From Lingula anatina (Eukaryota > Animalia > Brachiopoda), in NCBI GenBank assembly GCA_051362555.1, contig CM120642.1:33108001-33172000 (forward strand): a stretch of DNA of 64,000 nt. The letters are read 5' to 3'. The notes beneath the pieces are model-generated. The model was not told where the DNA came from and did not search any database. It saw nothing but the letters and a program-made list of their open reading frames with translations. Numbering within the stretch: position 1 is the first letter of the stretch; each line of letters starts with the position of its first letter. Below are positions 49,760-63,234 of the stretch, in pieces. The translations under genes and the position numbers were made by a program.

Positions 49760-50341
49760 GATTGTCAGTAAGGATATATACCCCCTATCTGGCAACTAAT
49801 GCACCATGGTTGGTGCAGTTGTCAAGGAGATACCCCAGCTTATAATCTGGGCAACCAAAGACCTTAAGGGAAATCATTCGAGATGGCCTAAAATGAGGCT
49901 GTCGGCTCTGTGTGATGTCATAGGAAACTAGAAAACATGTGAGACATCACATGAAGAGGGGATGGTTAGCTATGAGCAGTAAGGGAAAACTTCTACGTGC
50001 TGGGCATGCTGTCTTGGAAAACAATACAAAACATGGAAAAAAAAAGAAAAAAAACGATGTTGTGCCAAAGACTAACTCAACAGAACCTTGGAGAAAACAA
50101 ACAAAAAATATCCATGGATGAATTATGTCAGCTTGTATTTATTGCCGCACTGCACTTGCTCGCCTCTCATTATTTCAGACACCCTCTCTATTCCAAATCC
50201 CACAAAATCTTGTCCCACTTTTTGCTAAGTCACGAGATTTGGGCTATCTTGGATGATCTCCATTAGTATCCTTCCAGATTAAGTTAACCTAGTTCCAAGT
50301 CCGCCTGAAATGATACAATCTGGAAGCTAGGAGAGGAGAGG

Positions 50342-52863
50342 TCATCTTCCGGCCGGCATCTCCATGGACAATGCCTGGACTATCCACGGGTCACACTTAG
50401 AACCCTCACGGAATTCATCTTTTGATAATTTCCCGTCATGATTCTGGAAAATAAATACATATTAAACGAATATATTTATGGAAAATATTTACATAGTCTA
50501 AAAATTTTAAATATTCCTAACAAGGACAAATCCAGATATGACTTGGCAGAAAGTTTTCTGTCCAGGCTGACTGGCCTCCAATTTTAATCCAGAAATCAAT
50601 TTACTTAATAATCAACTTAAATTAATAATTTAGTAATTAAACCCATCTCTAAAATATATACAGTGCTTTTGGCTTTACCTTATCCATTTGTGCAAATATT
50701 TTCTCCACCCTTTTTTCAGGTGTATCTTCATCTTTCGGCAGGTCCAACATGTTCCCCACCATACTGTAGATAGCATCTACGATGTTCACCATCTCTGCCT
50801 TGGTGATGTAACCGTCCTGGTCCACGTCGTACAGGTTGAATGCCCCTGGGGTGATAGACAGGTTTAGATGTGTTAACACTGGCTGCATAGGCGGGTACTC
50901 TCTGACAGGGGTTAAATGGCACAAATGATCTCAAATCACCGTTATAAGTGTGATACCTTTCAATCATTTGTAAAAACAATCTGATTTTCCAACTTGGTTT
51001 GCTTTTTATTTTTAAACCAAAGTTAAAAGAATTTGAAATGAAACAAAAATATAATCCAGCATTTATCAGGAAAAGAAGTATGTACTAGAGGTTGACAGCA
51101 CGGGCAGTCACCCCCCCCCCCCCACCCCTCCTCACTCTCTCCAAAATGTCCCCCAAATCAAACCAATGACTAATCACACTCTCTTTTTCACAACTGTTTT
51201 CTGACAAACCCAATAAACCAAATGAAGTAAAATGACAAGTAGGTTTATATGGTACATGCTCCTATCTTTGAGAAGAGAATTTCATTTCCCACTGATTGTG
51301 ACAGAGAAATAACCTGACAGTTCAGTGTGCTGAGCAATTGCTTTTGTCACACCTAACACACCACTACTGTGTGACATAGTTCTCAAAGACCCTAGCTCAG
51401 AAACAATTGTAGCACGCCTCTATGTATTTTTTTAATTTGTATAAAAAACATTTAGTGGTTAATACTGAGTAAAAACAATCCATTTCTTTCCCTTCAGTAT
51501 TGATCTTGCCATCTTAAACTACCCATACAACCTTAATAAACCATCTGACACTGCCAAAACTGCTGACGTGGAATTTCTGGTCCAATGCCTACTGACCATG
51601 TAGTCAATAACAATGTTTTGTTTGCTCACTAATATTTGTGATGTTGACTATAACAAACACTTGTATGCACACAGTTGCCAAGTACCAGTAATTACATGGG
51701 GAGATCCAATTTTTTTTTTAGTGTCGCCCATCCTTCCATATCCAGAGTTGCACAGTTATGGCACTGACCCCCTCCCACCCACCCCCCACCCCCCACCCCA
51801 TCATCAACATCTAACCATCATCCACTGTCCGCTGAAGCTCAAATTGCTCCTACTACAAGGACCGAGAGTCCCATGAGAGTCAAAATTATATTTAGCATTT
51901 TTTAGGCAATGACTGTACATGTCCTCTTATTTACAAATACATTTCTCCCCCATTTCATTTCACGGCTATTTTTTAAAAAGTTTAAAAGCAAAGCAGTCTT
52001 TTTAGTACACATTGAGTACAATTTGTCCCACATATGGATCTAAAACTGTTATCAAGTACAAAGATTACTTACAGTCCAGTTTCTCATCCAGAGTACCTCT
52101 AGAAGTCACTGACAAGGCACAGATAAATTCTTTAAAATTGATGTGACCATCCTGAAAAATATAATGAGAGTAGAAATAATTTTCTCTCTTAATATAAAAT
52201 TCTTTATAGATATTAATTACCCAACAGATATTCTGTAATCTGCAAAATGTACAAGATTATCTAAATAGTGAAATTTAGCTTGGCCACAATTTGTGCTTAT
52301 TTTGTAATGTAACTTTAAACTTTTTTATCTGAGAGAAATTAAAATAGTAGTACGTTAATGGTAAATTCATCTGCAAAATGTGGAAGATTATCTGAATAGT
52401 GAAGTTTAGCTTGGTAACAGTTTCGCAAAATAATTAAAACATTTGTGGTACAGATTTTATTAAGCAAAAAATAATGCGAAGTATGAATCAAGGCTACAAT
52501 TTGTGTTTATTTTGTAAATGTTACTTTAGACTTGTATCTGATAGAAATTAAAATAGCAGTATGTTGATGGTAAAATTATGTAAAATTCGCCAAACTTTGT
52601 TTTTTTATACAGAGAATAGGCAACTCTTGCAACACACACGTCCTCTGAGAAATTAAAATAGTTGTATGTAAATGGTAAAATTATATAGAACTAACCCAAC
52701 TTTTTTTTAAATAGAGAATAAGCAATACCACACCCACTTGTACTTCTTACAGTAATCCATATCAACCCTTTACCTTATTTGCATCAAACACATTGAAGAC
52801 AAAATTGGCAAATTTGCTGGGGTCCCCATGAGGAAAGAACTGTTGATATATGGTCTGGAATTC
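50342..52863 (-). CDS. NCS1: Neuronal calcium sensor 1 / frequenin; 5'-partial, last 4 coding exons
   Basis: Exons 52863-52774 ([30 protein letters not shown]), 52151-52073 ([26 protein letters not shown]), 50845-50679 ([19 protein letters not shown]...[17 protein letters not shown]), 50443-50342 ([26 protein letters not shown]...stop): three EF-hands with NCS-1 signature sequences. Confidence 0.95.
52238..52690. repeat. Degenerate local tandem duplications in NCS-1 intron
   Basis: tctgcaaaatgt..aagattatct.aatagtgaa.tttagcttgg occurs twice and ga.agaaattaaaatag..gta.gt..atggtaaa three times. Confidence 0.75.
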
Positions 52864-54337
52864 CTGGAATAAAAACAGGATGGGTCTAATAGATAGTTAG
52901 TTCTATGGCCACCAGGGTACACTAGCAGTTTCTCTATTTCCATCAACAGATCAATACTGGAGAAGTTTTTATAGAGATAAAAAGTCTACAAAGAACTATG
53001 GTCTTTTAATTAAGAAAACATTAAGTCTGTCAGAGAGAGAAATCATTCACTCCCTTCTTTTCAAATTATTCTTAAGTATAAGTACTTTTAAATATCCATA
53101 GATCAATATTTTAGACAGAAACAGAAATGATTCAAAGTTCACTGACACATGCCCCCTGACATTCCACACAAAACAGATATTGACAAAAATTAAAAGTGTC
53201 ATTGGAAAATGAACAAAGTATTGGATAGCCTCCCATCTTGCCGACCAAATTAGCTCTCTATAATAAAAAAGGAAATAACACACTGTTACCACAGACACAG
53301 AGATCTTATTTGACATATACTGACAGACCTCCATCCAGGTTGACGAACTTATCAAAATAACCACACTGGAAACAGTCTGGTATCATGTTACTTGTTTTTT
53401 AATATAAAAATAACTACCAAGAAAATTCTGACCCCCTGCTATAAATGTCAGGACGCTCTTCCTACCTGTTAATAAAATGTCATGAAAATGTAATAAAAAC
53501 ACCTGAAAAAAATGCTGTATTCATAAGCTTCCAAAAAATATTAAGTGCTAAAGCACTGAGCAGCTAATGTACTTGGTTCATACATGTATACTAGAAAAAA
53601 AGTATCATCCTCATTTTATGTAAAAGTGACACACCAGACAATAAGCATATGAGGCATGGAGGGGGGGGTGGGGTGAGGTTACAATTCATCAAAACATCAT
53701 TAAGTCAAACAGCAATGACAAGCTACCAGTGGACCAGCAGATCAAACCAATTATCACACTGTCAATAAAGTCTATGGTTTGTTCAAACACCTCCAGTCAA
53801 AAGATAAGGCATATTATCTTGTGGACTAAAGTATAAGCACAATAAATTCCTACTCCAGTTGACTGAGAAAATTAATAACTTGGTGCAATAACAGTGTTCA
53901 AATATAAGACGTAAGAATACAGCTAGCAATTTTAATTCTCCCAGACACCCTTATAATGTATAATACAGCCACTTATACCAATGGCTATGGTGAACCAGTG
54001 GCAAGGAAGGTTATATACTAGACATAGATGATTTAAATAAATATAACTGTCAGTGTGGATCCTTTTTCTTAACTCAACTATGATTTCTATTTAATAATAA
54101 TAAGAAGAAAAAGAAGCAGAACACCTCTAATATAAATATATTGATAAATAAATATCTGGCACTACATGTAAATGTATAGTATGAAATTTTTAAAAACTTG
54201 AGTTGCTGTCAAATGTTCAGACTGATACTTGAAAGCAAAGAAATAAACTGTTGACAATGTTTATAATATTCTGAATTTGGTAGATATGCAAATCCTGCTG
54301 CCTACCTAATACTTACTCTTTATTTTACTTTTTTCTC

Positions 54338-54368
<31 letters not shown>

Positions 54369-57300
54369 CATCAATTATACAAGTAATATTATTTTACTTT
54401 TATTCTACTTTTTTTGAGGCATAAATTATTCATGAGAAAACTCGGATACACAAGAATAAGAGTACTGTATTTAATCTTTTTAAAAATATTTTCACAATAT
54501 CCATTTACTTCATCCCTAAAGCTAAGCTTAACAGTAAACTGCAACTTGATTTATAAATACAATAAAACTTCGAGAAGACTTTTTATCATAAGTCCAACAT
54601 TTATTGAACAAGCACTGCAAACATGAATTATCCCTATGATCAGCAAAGAAAATAATACATGAGAATTTTATTGCGAGTTTTCATCTTGTAATTTAGCAGA
54701 GTATTTACCAGATTATCCTAGCCCAATTCAGCCATGTTTAGCGACACATATAAAGTCCTCTTCATGACACAGATTTAAACTTCCTCAAGCACTTTCGACC
54801 TTTTACCGAGAGGGTTTACAACCATAACACCTTGGCGACTAAAAGCCTCCTTTACCATAATACATTAAGAGTTTCCAATACCCCCGGGTAGTCAAAGTGC
54901 TGTGAGTCAATACCAGAAAATCACCTTCATTTGTTCTAAAGTTTTACAGCCCCTGTAAAGGTTCTATATATAAATCAAAGCATTGGTCACACAAAGTAGA
55001 AGATTTTCTCAGTACATTACTTGATAATTTTGTTTCTACACAGCTTGCTTTTAAATTATATAAAAAAATTAATAATAATAAATACTTTATTTTTAAATTA
55101 TAAAAATCAAATAAAGGAAAAGAGATCTATTAACATACATATACATGGGAATGAGACTTAAACAGGTTAATAAATTATTATTTGCAAACTTCTACATAAA
55201 ATAAGACTGTTTTATCATATATTTCTTAAGGTCATTTGGGTACTTTTTCTACTGGTTACAGCAAAACATGTTGTTTGCCAAAATAACAAGTACAGCTTGT
55301 CAAAGTTTTCAGCCTTATTGTTTGAAATTTTCAAAAGCTATTCAAACCTGCAAAAAAGTTCTTAGCTTATGCTCCAAACATTCACCCCACATTGTAACAT
55401 AAGAGAACATAACAAATATTCAGTCTTGAAAAAAATAATCGCACACGAAGCTGAATTTTTCAAAAGAGTTTCCCTTCTTCCCTCCCTAAATGATACTTGC
55501 TACCACATTTTCTAAAAATTTAAGAAATTAATTCATTTCATTTTGCTTATATAGGCACAAAGACTTATATAAACATAACGATATATATGTTTCTATCGTG
55601 TCAACTTTTTGATTGGATAACTGTCCAAAGAATGACCGGTATCCAAGTTAGCTTCGGCTAAGTAAATTTTAACGATAATCGCTTTCATGATTCATTAAGC
55701 AGAGACAGCGGCCGCCATATTGGACATACTCGAATCTTACGTTTCTTTTATTTTCTGATTTTCTCTCAAACATTGGATAGGCTGGCATCAAGTTGACACA
55801 TTTCTTCTCGTTCATCTGAAATCTGACTCTGCCGTTAGCAGACAAAGTAACCAGTGACCCTGAAGGGACCTTCTTACGACAAACATAAACCATTTGCGCA
55901 AGGTGCCTTTCATGCCATGGCGGTAAGCCTCCCGCGCAGACAGAAAAAATTATATAAAGTTGCCGTTATCTTGAGAACAAATTTAGTGAAGATTTTTTCG
56001 TAAATTTGAAAAAGGCTAACACGGGAGTGCATTTCTTTAGCTTATTAACCACATTGTTTCGCTCTTTACGATTCATAATTTGTGTATTTACAAATATGAA
56101 ATTGTGTACATAGCCTGGGGGATACAGCGACATCGAACCCGGCCTGCACTGCCAAAATACTGTGACCGCTTTGTTCAAGGTTGCACTTTGCGTAATGGCG
56201 GAAACCGTTTATTTTGTCCCAATTTCTATGCTTAAAATACTGGTGCCCCGTGGGCTTATTACGATACAACAGCCTCATGTACGCCCCTAACACTTGAATA
56301 AATAATCTTGTTTGCAAAATCGTACTCGTAATCATTACTGATTAAATCGTATTAAATTCAACAGCTTTGTTAACTAACGACCTTCGTGATCTCTTTATTC
56401 AGTAAGGGCTCGATAATATTATAATTTACAACAAACACCACCACGACATGCCCTGCGGGATGTCGCTACACAAAATCTCATACAACTCTATCGATAATGG
56501 TATTTGCGAAGCACTTGCGATAATCGTCGATTAAATTACTCGATTCTGAACACCATTCTTTCCAAATCAACTTTTCAAACAATCAAGTTGTTCAAGTACT
56601 TGTATCGCTTCCCAGCATCTTTCATCAAAGTTATCGAAAGTTACTCAACTCCAACATAAAGCTATTATTCGGCAAATAATTTCTACAAACATTTAGGCGG
56701 CCATCTTGCACATGGCGTGGTGTGCAACAATTGCCCATTAAACCATTAAGGGATTAGCTGTGTTGGTCTAGCCAAACTTCAAGACTCTCTCATAGTGATC
56801 AACAACTATAACACAATGCCTTCCAACCCGTTAAGGGATTAGGTACGTAACTGACGAGGGGGAGGAAGAAAAGCAGTGCACCCGTTAAAGGCTTAGCAGT
56901 GTAATTGGCAAATGAAGGAAAGAAAAGAGGTGCAACCTGTAAGAGATTATATAGTGGCAAGTTAAGCAGGATCCCTTTATTGAGTAAACCTGGAGATATT
57001 TACCTCTGTAAAGAAGACAACTTATACATTCATAGAGTGATATCTACTGGGGAAGCACTTTTTCTACTTAGATAATTGAGATTTCCTGATAGAAAAATTC
57101 ACTGAACAATCTTGTAAACTTATACTGCATTTTCATTTTAAAATCTTCTCAGTATCATAAACCTGGTAAAATTTATCTATCAATTTTTATATTTTGATGA
57201 AAAAACGGTGGGCAGATTCTTCTACAATGAAATCCGAATGAAACGGATTGGTAAGAAGTCACAGACCTTCATCATTTGGTATTTTAAAACTCCAGAACCC

Positions 57301-58937
57301 TTACTGTAGTATCAGTAAGCACAAGGCAGAGAGTTAAACTAAAGTAACTCCCTCCCACTTAATATTCAAACATTATTCAAGAATTAAACCCCATCAAAAT
57401 CAGCAGCTGGTGGTTAAGTCATTTTGAAAACATAAAGCACTTTATTCAAACCTTTAGATATCGAAATGTAAATATCATGAAATACATTGTAAATAAATCA
57501 ATATAACAGAGGAAGCCGGGTGACTCTTGGTGGATGAAAGGAGTTTGGTGAGAATTTACGGCAGCGTCAGTAGAGCTATTTTGCTAATTTAGCTCCAGGC
57601 GGTGCTGTAACTTGCCTGTGACCTTTTCTGACCCAAGTATTGTGACAGATTTCTAAGGAACTTTTTTCGTGTAATTTTGTGTTTTGTCTTTTTTAAAATC
57701 CAAGGTGACACCTGCCGCTGTTTTCAAACACCTGCTAGGACAATTTCTTGTTTATTTCTTCATGGCCTGAAAACAATTTCAGATAAAAGAGTCACTTTTT
57801 TACATCTTATTTTGTTGATATTCAGCAAAGAGATATTTCCTCTTCATTTGTTACTTAAATCAGTTTTGCGTACAACAATACAGATTGGATTTCTACACAA
57901 ATGCTACCAAATAACAGCACCTAGCTAGGGCAAGCAGTGAAAAATATAGAATGCAAAATTCACAAATATTCTGTTAAAATTCTACTTTATTTCAAAATAG
58001 TTTTCTAATACACCTAATTACTTGTTCAATTACTTATCACTTGAGCAAAAATGGTGTACTGTGTTAAAAAGTCAGATTCCCTGAATTCATAAAATTCTGT
58101 TGTAAAGGCAATATCTGACTAATACCTGGATCAATATAAACCAGAAAAATATTACTTGATTTCAAAATATCAAAATAATATATCAATAATAATTTGCAAT
58201 GATGTGATCACAATTAAACTTTATCAACAAGGTGGATGTGAATTAATACAAGTGATAAGGACAGTTCAATTTTTTTACAACTTGTTATTCATTCAAATAT
58301 ATTTGACAGAAGTATCTCTAATACAATACTATGTACATTAACAAACCATCAGTAAATTACTAATACTCTTACTTTTAACCAACTTTCTTGATTGTCACTG
58401 CAATTGTTTCATATACCACTGAATGCCAGAGATATATCAACTATTTTTAAATGGACAAACATTTTATACAAAATGAATACTCTAAATCCAAGAACTTTAC
58501 TTTTTCAGACTTATTTAAAATTCAATCTTGTTGATTTTTTTGAAAATATGACACAGATTTTTTTAAATAAAAATTTTGCACTTCTACCACTTTTGATCTT
58601 TCAACTCTGTTTGAGCGTGTGGTCAGCTGTTCTAAGGCAGAGAGATACATTCTTTACAAAGAAAAAAAAAAAGAATGTTCAATCAAGTTGATTATGCTCT
58701 TATATACCATAACTTCTTTGATTAAAAATGTGTTGATTAATCATTTTATAATATTTACTTATAAAAGTAACCTTACATTGCCTTTGACAAATGAAATTGT
58801 CATGCTTTAAATGGATTAAAATTTTTAACATTTCAATGTCTATTTTAAAAGTAAACTTTTGCATAAAATTATCAAAAAAAAAAGAAAAAAAAACCCCACT
58901 GATTTGTAAATATCTCCACTAAAATGATAACAGATTC

Positions 58938-59447
58938 TTATCTGCTCTCGGACTCGTTGGGATCCCAGTACAGACCATCACTGCGTAATTTCTGGGACAG
59001 AAAATACGGCTTCTCCACTGGACCCTTCTCCAGATTAATTGGGTACCATGACAACCGCGGTGGGGCAGAGCGTATGCGGCTGATGGCAGTCGATCTGGCC
59101 AAATGATCCACAATCTCCTGAAACTCGGCCTTCGACACTTGCCGAGGTGTGCGAAAACGTGTGTCCAAATTCTTAATTTTCCAGTCTGGATTTGTCTTCT
59201 TCATCCAGTTGACTGGTTTCATGTATTCAAAGTCTTTGTCCTTCAGGTCTACGCCGCCTCGGCTGGCTACGGTGGGTTTGGTGATTCTCTCAACGATGGG
59301 TTTCAGTTGCGTCTGCGGGACGGGCTGGTCGCTGTTGGGGGAAGCAAACCATGGCTTGTAGCTGACAGTTCTCTGTGGTAAATCCACGCAGCAGTGCCTC
59401 TCCTGCCCGCCCAGCCCTCTCATCATGCTCTGATAGTCTTCTGACAT
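58938..59447 (-). CDS. Uncharacterised protein (169 aa) with VERITKPTVASR motif; paralogue of 62404-63234
   Basis: ATG at 59447 follows a good acceptor (tttcag, exon start 59459); upstream non-coding exon donor GTGAGT at 59838; GC-richer than its flanks; shares VERxTxPTVASRGGVDLxxKDFxYxKP with the neighbouring gene. Confidence 0.8.
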   Translation of the reverse strand: MSEDYQSMMRGLGGQERHCCVDLPQRTVSYKPWFASPNSDQPVPQTQLKPIVERITKPTVASRGGVDLKDKDFEYMKPVNWMKKTNPDWKIKNLDTRFRTPRQVSKAEFQEIVDHLARSTAISRIRSAPPRLSWYPINLEKGPVEKPYFLSQKLRSDGLYWDPNESESR

Positions 59448-62403
59448 TTTCACTTAACTCTGAAATTTAATTCAAAATGAAATTAAATATAAATATCTAA
59501 TATAAATACAATAAAATAAATAAATACAATAATTGGAATAACTTTCAAAAATGTTTTAAAAGTTTCAGTTCATTGCTGCCACTGTTCGTACTATTTACAT
59601 AATGAATATCTCTATATATGCATTAACATACTTCAATTTTGCTTTCTGCCGTCTAAGCTCTCTAGTGCCGAGTCAACGTATGACGAGTAATTAAGTTCTG
59701 GCATTGATCTCTGTTTCCATGCACACACACATGACATGCACTCACACACACTAAGTGTGACAATCTATAATTGAATCTCACAATATTCTTCAACAGCTCC
59801 TTATCAATAATAAATTCAAGGGCAGAGTTACCACTCACCTTGCCTGGAATCCCAAGGAAGTTGTTTCAAATAGCTTCTCTCTCTTTCTCCACGATACACG
59901 TTTGTCAGTAAAGATGGACTTCTGCAGCAATGACACAAACGCGGTGCAGTGTTCACAAAGCAACCATGCTTCAACGCCTTCACCAGTGTCTGCAGCAGCG
60001 CGAGTCACTAATCAAACATTCCTCAAAGCTTTATAAAATAAAGAACTCTAAAAGCCGAATATGAATAGCAGTAAAAATCTCAATCAGTCTCGGCTTTCCT
60101 GGAGATGTGCGCAAGTTGTGTTTGCTGGAGAAAGTGGCCTACGAAACCTTGGACACTTTTCTCACAACAAACAATGCACAATATTGCAGTGACTTATCAA
60201 AACAGGCGACAGAAACAAGGAGGTGCGTTCTAAACACCATATTCTTAGGCCTATTTGTACCAGTTTTGTTTATTCTCCTACGCTTACAATAATTGTCTAA
60301 GGTCTATTTGTATTGAGGCCTTAATCCTTGTTTAGCCAAATGCAAAATCCTGCCTCTGTGTTCAATGAATTGTAGCATTTGTTCAAAAGCAATTTATAAG
60401 GGCAGTATTTCTCAAATGCCCTTTCCAAATTGTCCCCTTTCTTTCTTGCCCTTTCTCATGTGTGCGTATCGGAATTAAACGTGCAACTTCGATCCTTATG
60501 ACCAAAGGTACAAAACGTGTCCACTCCAGCATGAAATATTATAAATAGAAGATAAATATCATTTTCTATTGGGATTGTTTCTTCCAAATTTTTGTTAGTT
60601 ACTAAATACATAGAGCAAATGCCACGAAATTTTATCTGCTTGTGGCTCTGTGAGTGGTTCATTTTTCTGTTGCTTATTCTTATGTAAACATAACAAGGTT
60701 GATATTTTATTTGGTTTGTTGTACGATTGCTTTATTTTTCCAAGCTTCTTGTGCTGTGGGTTGGTATTTGATTGACTTATTCTATCAACTTTAATTGAGA
60801 TCAGATTGCCCCAGGTGGTGGCCCACCTGTTTATTAGGAGTCGCCCACAGCAGCAAACTTATTATTTGGTTAAAACCAAGGAAACTTTTCATTGCCCAAG
60901 TCAAAGGAAAAAGTCTGTATTTTACGAAAACTTCATTTGACCAGAATTAAGGACTTCACATCAACACTTTCAAAAACTTCACTTTTACTTAATTTATTTA
61001 TTTTTTATTTTATTTTTTTACATTCTCTGAAAATGAACAATATTGTACCAAATGTTTAGTTAACCCATTCCAATGTCTGCTTGTTATTTCTGATTTCTTG
61101 CTTACCAATACCTGTAATAGAAACTAAAAAAAAAACTTGAATTATCTTGCCAAAGAGAAAAATTGATCTGGCACTTAACATGAACTATCGAGGGAAATTT
61201 ATCTTTTTAATAGGGTGGTTTACAGCAGACCTCAGATAATTACTTCCCTCCAGAAAAAAATTAAAATATCAAAAATTGACTCAGAGCCTGCTGCTAAAAC
61301 TGAAGAGTAGTTTTTACCTTTCATTAATTTAAATACACAAAAAACTGTACAATTAAAATTTTAATCACCTTTTAATCATTTATTTCACTGTCCAATACTT
61401 GTTTCAGATAAAACAATTCAAAACAACATTTTAAAAGTAAAATAATTTGCTTGTCCAATAGTTATACACAAAATATCTCTTTTACACAGACTACATTATT
61501 TTTTAAATATATATTTTACAAACAATTTCAGGCATTGAAATATTGAAATATAACAAACATCTGAGATGAAAAATTAAGATTTCAGTACAAAATCTCTCCT
61601 TTGATATGACAGAACTTTCACATTTATTCAATCTTTTCATTAAATCAAAGGAAGAACATTTCATAGTAAGAGAATTCATTTTAAAAATGCTATTTTTAAA
61701 TAGGTATAGAAACACTTTTCTATAAAAATAAGATAATTCTCAAAAATATTTATCAACATACCAGTTTTCTTTGATAATCCATAAAAATATACATCAATTC
61801 ACTGAGAAAAAAGGAAACCAAAGTTTACTTTTATATGACAGTGCCATTATGCTATTAATCACAGTGATGCTTTAGAATGTACTTATGACTTCTACAAATA
61901 TAATATGATTGTAATTTTTCCTCAATAAAGGAAAATATTTTGATTTACATTTCACTTATATCAGCTCTTTAAATGTCTATAAGTAGAAGTTCAATATCAA
62001 TCTTGACGATAAGTTTTCCTGACAAATGAAAATAATTAACTGAGTTTTGTTTAACTAAAACCAGAATCAAGTTTTTAACATTAAAAAAGAAAGAAAAAAA
62101 AACTTCAGCAAAGTGTCTAGTTTTGATTTCATTTTGATTCCATTTTGACTTAATATAGTTGGTAGGAAAAATAAATTTTCAAACAACCACTAAAAATTTA
62201 AAAAAAATAATAATATTAAAAATATCACATTTGATGACATTTAAAACTATTCAAGGCTTCCATCTGATTAATTAAAGCCATTATTCCTACCTTTATAACA
62301 AAAAAATAAATGAATAAATAAATAAATAAAATCCACTGAATCATATTTACTTCACAAAACAGATAAAATGCCTAATTCTTGTAATATGTCTAAACAGTCC
62401 AGT

Positions 62404-63234
62404 TTAAAACATAGAAGTATGTGGTCTGTCAGGATAATTCCCTACATTAGCTCTGGCCCTCATATTCCTAGCTGACTGGAGTCTGGCTTTATATGTACCA
62501 TTAGGCTTTGTTAACCTCTCAATTATCTCTGAAAGTTCGTCATCATCAACTTTCCTCAGTCCTTTAAATTTTGACTCGATACCTTTGATGACTGGCAGTG
62601 TTTTTGTCTTTGGTGGTTTGATATAGGTGAAGTCTTTATTGGCGAGATCTACCCCTCCGCGACTAGCTACAGTGGGGCGCGTCACTCGCTCAACCAGCTG
62701 ATCAACTTGGTCAACAGAAATCTTTGATTTTTTCTGGTCATCTTTGTGAGCTGCCCCTGGGGTCTTCCCACCATTGCTGGAGAAAGTTGGTTTTCTAATT
62801 CTTTTCACCATGACGTCTATTTTCCCTTGGTCCCTGCCGTCCCCCCTGACTAGCATTTTGTGGTCCTGATCTTGGAGATACTGTACATGACAGGCCTGAG
62901 CATCAAAGCTATATCTGGCTGCTCTACTGGCTGTAGTGGGTCTGGTCACTCTGAACACCATCTCGTTAAGTAGCCTCGGATCCACCTTCTGCTTCTCTCC
63001 CTGTCCGTACAGCTGACGACATTTCTCGTCAAAAGTCCGCATGTGTTGGACGTGGGCCTCTTGGGGATCAAAGCTGTAACGAGCAGCTTTGGTGGCCACT
63101 GTTGGGGTGGTCAGCCGGTCAACTAGGGACCGGACTTCTGCTCCGGACATGTGTTTGTAGCCGAGAGCCCCCTCCACTGTGGAATACATGGTCACTTGTG
63201 GCACGACAGCACTCGGTGCGCAGATTTCAAGCAT
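62404..63234 (-). CDS. Uncharacterised repeat protein (~261-276 aa) with five [VI]xR[LVI]xxP(T) repeats
   Basis: Long ORF in AT-rich DNA; start at ATG 63234 or 63189; repeats LVDRLTTPTVATKAARYSFD, MVFRVTRPTTASRAARYSFD, MVKRIRKPTFSS, LVERVTRPTVASR, IIERLTKPNGTY. Confidence 0.82.
   Translation of the reverse strand: MLEICAPSAVVPQVTMYSTVEGALGYKHMSGAEVRSLVDRLTTPTVATKAARYSFDPQEAHVQHMRTFDEKCRQLYGQGEKQKVDPRLLNEMVFRVTRPTTASRAARYSFDAQACHVQYLQDQDHKMLVRGDGRDQGKIDVMVKRIRKPTFSSNGGKTPGAAHKDDQKKSKISVDQVDQLVERVTRPTVASRGGVDLANKDFTYIKPPKTKTLPVIKGIESKFKGLRKVDDDELSEIIERLTKPNGTYKARLQSARNMRARANVGNYPDRPHTSMF

Noticed and set aside
55669-55893. ORF containing KKVPSGSL as the missing NCS-1 KDCPSGQL exon
   Set aside because: Lacks the invariant KGF..DC residues and suitable splice sites; chance resemblance.
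57004-57086. Exon-like segment on the - strand (ctatcag ... gtaaat) as an NCS-1 coding exon
   Set aside because: Stop codons in all three frames and no NCS-1 similarity.
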